The translations under genes were made by a program, and so were the position numbers. Under the pieces are notes generated by a model. That model made no database searches, had not been told where the DNA came from, and was given only the letters and a program-made list of their open reading frames with translations. From NCBI RefSeq assembly GCF_009914755.1, contig NC_060925.1: a DNA stretch of 64,000 nucleotides; one strand, written 5' to 3'. The stretch comes from the human T2T-CHM13v2.0 reference genome, Homo sapiens. Shown piece after piece: positions 60,347 through 64,000 of this stretch (its first letter is position 1; every line of letters begins with the position of its first letter).

Positions 60347-60738
60347 CAAAATCCTGCCTCAGTTTTACCCCCTTCATGACATCTTCCAGTCTATTCATTT
60401 AATAAGGATACATTGCTGCCTGCCCTGGCCAGGCTTGTGCAGGGCACTGGGGACGGAGGGATCAGTCCACTCAGACTCTGCCCTTGAGTGGCTCCCAATC
60501 TGATGAGGGAGAAGATATACATAAAAATTACAATAAAAGCGGAAGACACTGATTGCAGTAGGAGCTATGAGCTTATAGAAGTAGAGAACTTAACTGGGAG
60601 ATTGGGACAGGCTTACAGAGGAAGGGCCATTTGGAAGGGGTTTTGAAGGGTGAGTAGGAGTTCCTCAGGCAGAATTAGGAAGTAGGAACAGAATATGATC
60701 TACCCTGCAAAGTGGACTGAATAAAAAAAGCCTGAGGA

Positions 60739-62970
<2,232 letters not shown>

Positions 62971-63054
62971 AAACGACTGGAGAGTAACATGTCTTGGGTC
63001 AGTTTTATGTTAGGTTCCATACTAGGCACTGCAGGTATAGAAGTAGAAAAATAT

Positions 63055-63850
<796 letters not shown>

Positions 63851-64000
63851 AAGGGCTTCGGGAGCACCAGGAAGAGACCTAAACCGGTCTGGAGGAGTCA
63901 GTAGAGGAGTAGTTGACATCTAGGCTGAGACTTAAAGACCAGAGCCAGATCGTGTCACCTAGTGCCATACCAACCTAGGTATAAATTCAACATAAAAACA

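Overview
Primate (human-like) genomic DNA, extremely Alu-dense, with no intact protein-coding exon. The main structure is a CpG-island promoter (about 51.1-51.7 kb) and a non-coding first exon on the minus strand (about 51294-51475, donor CAG|GTGAGC). About 51 kb of first intron runs off the left end, and about 12.5 kb of upstream intergenic DNA lies to the right. From memory the exon matches the WASF2 (WAVE2) 5'UTR; this was not checked against a database. The rest is retroelement and DNA-transposon debris: many AluJ/S/Y, two AluYa5, L1PA/L1M, L2, MIR, a CR1/L3 fossil, MER6A, MER44A, MER33, MER46C, Tigger3 and an MST LTR. Almost all ORFs in the supplied track are Alu or L1 artefacts. I see no convincing new biological system. 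The best leads are: a perfect 58-bp x3 / (CA)n compound VNTR about 450 nt into intron 1 that gives three UG tracts in the pre-mRNA; a strong-Kozak 15-codon uORF in exon 1; an Alu-mediated 386-bp tandem duplication; two young AluYa5 insertions; a 0.9-kb TA-rich array; and a CR1 reverse-transcriptase fossil. Repeat family names come from recalled consensus sequences, and most repeat boundaries are approximate.
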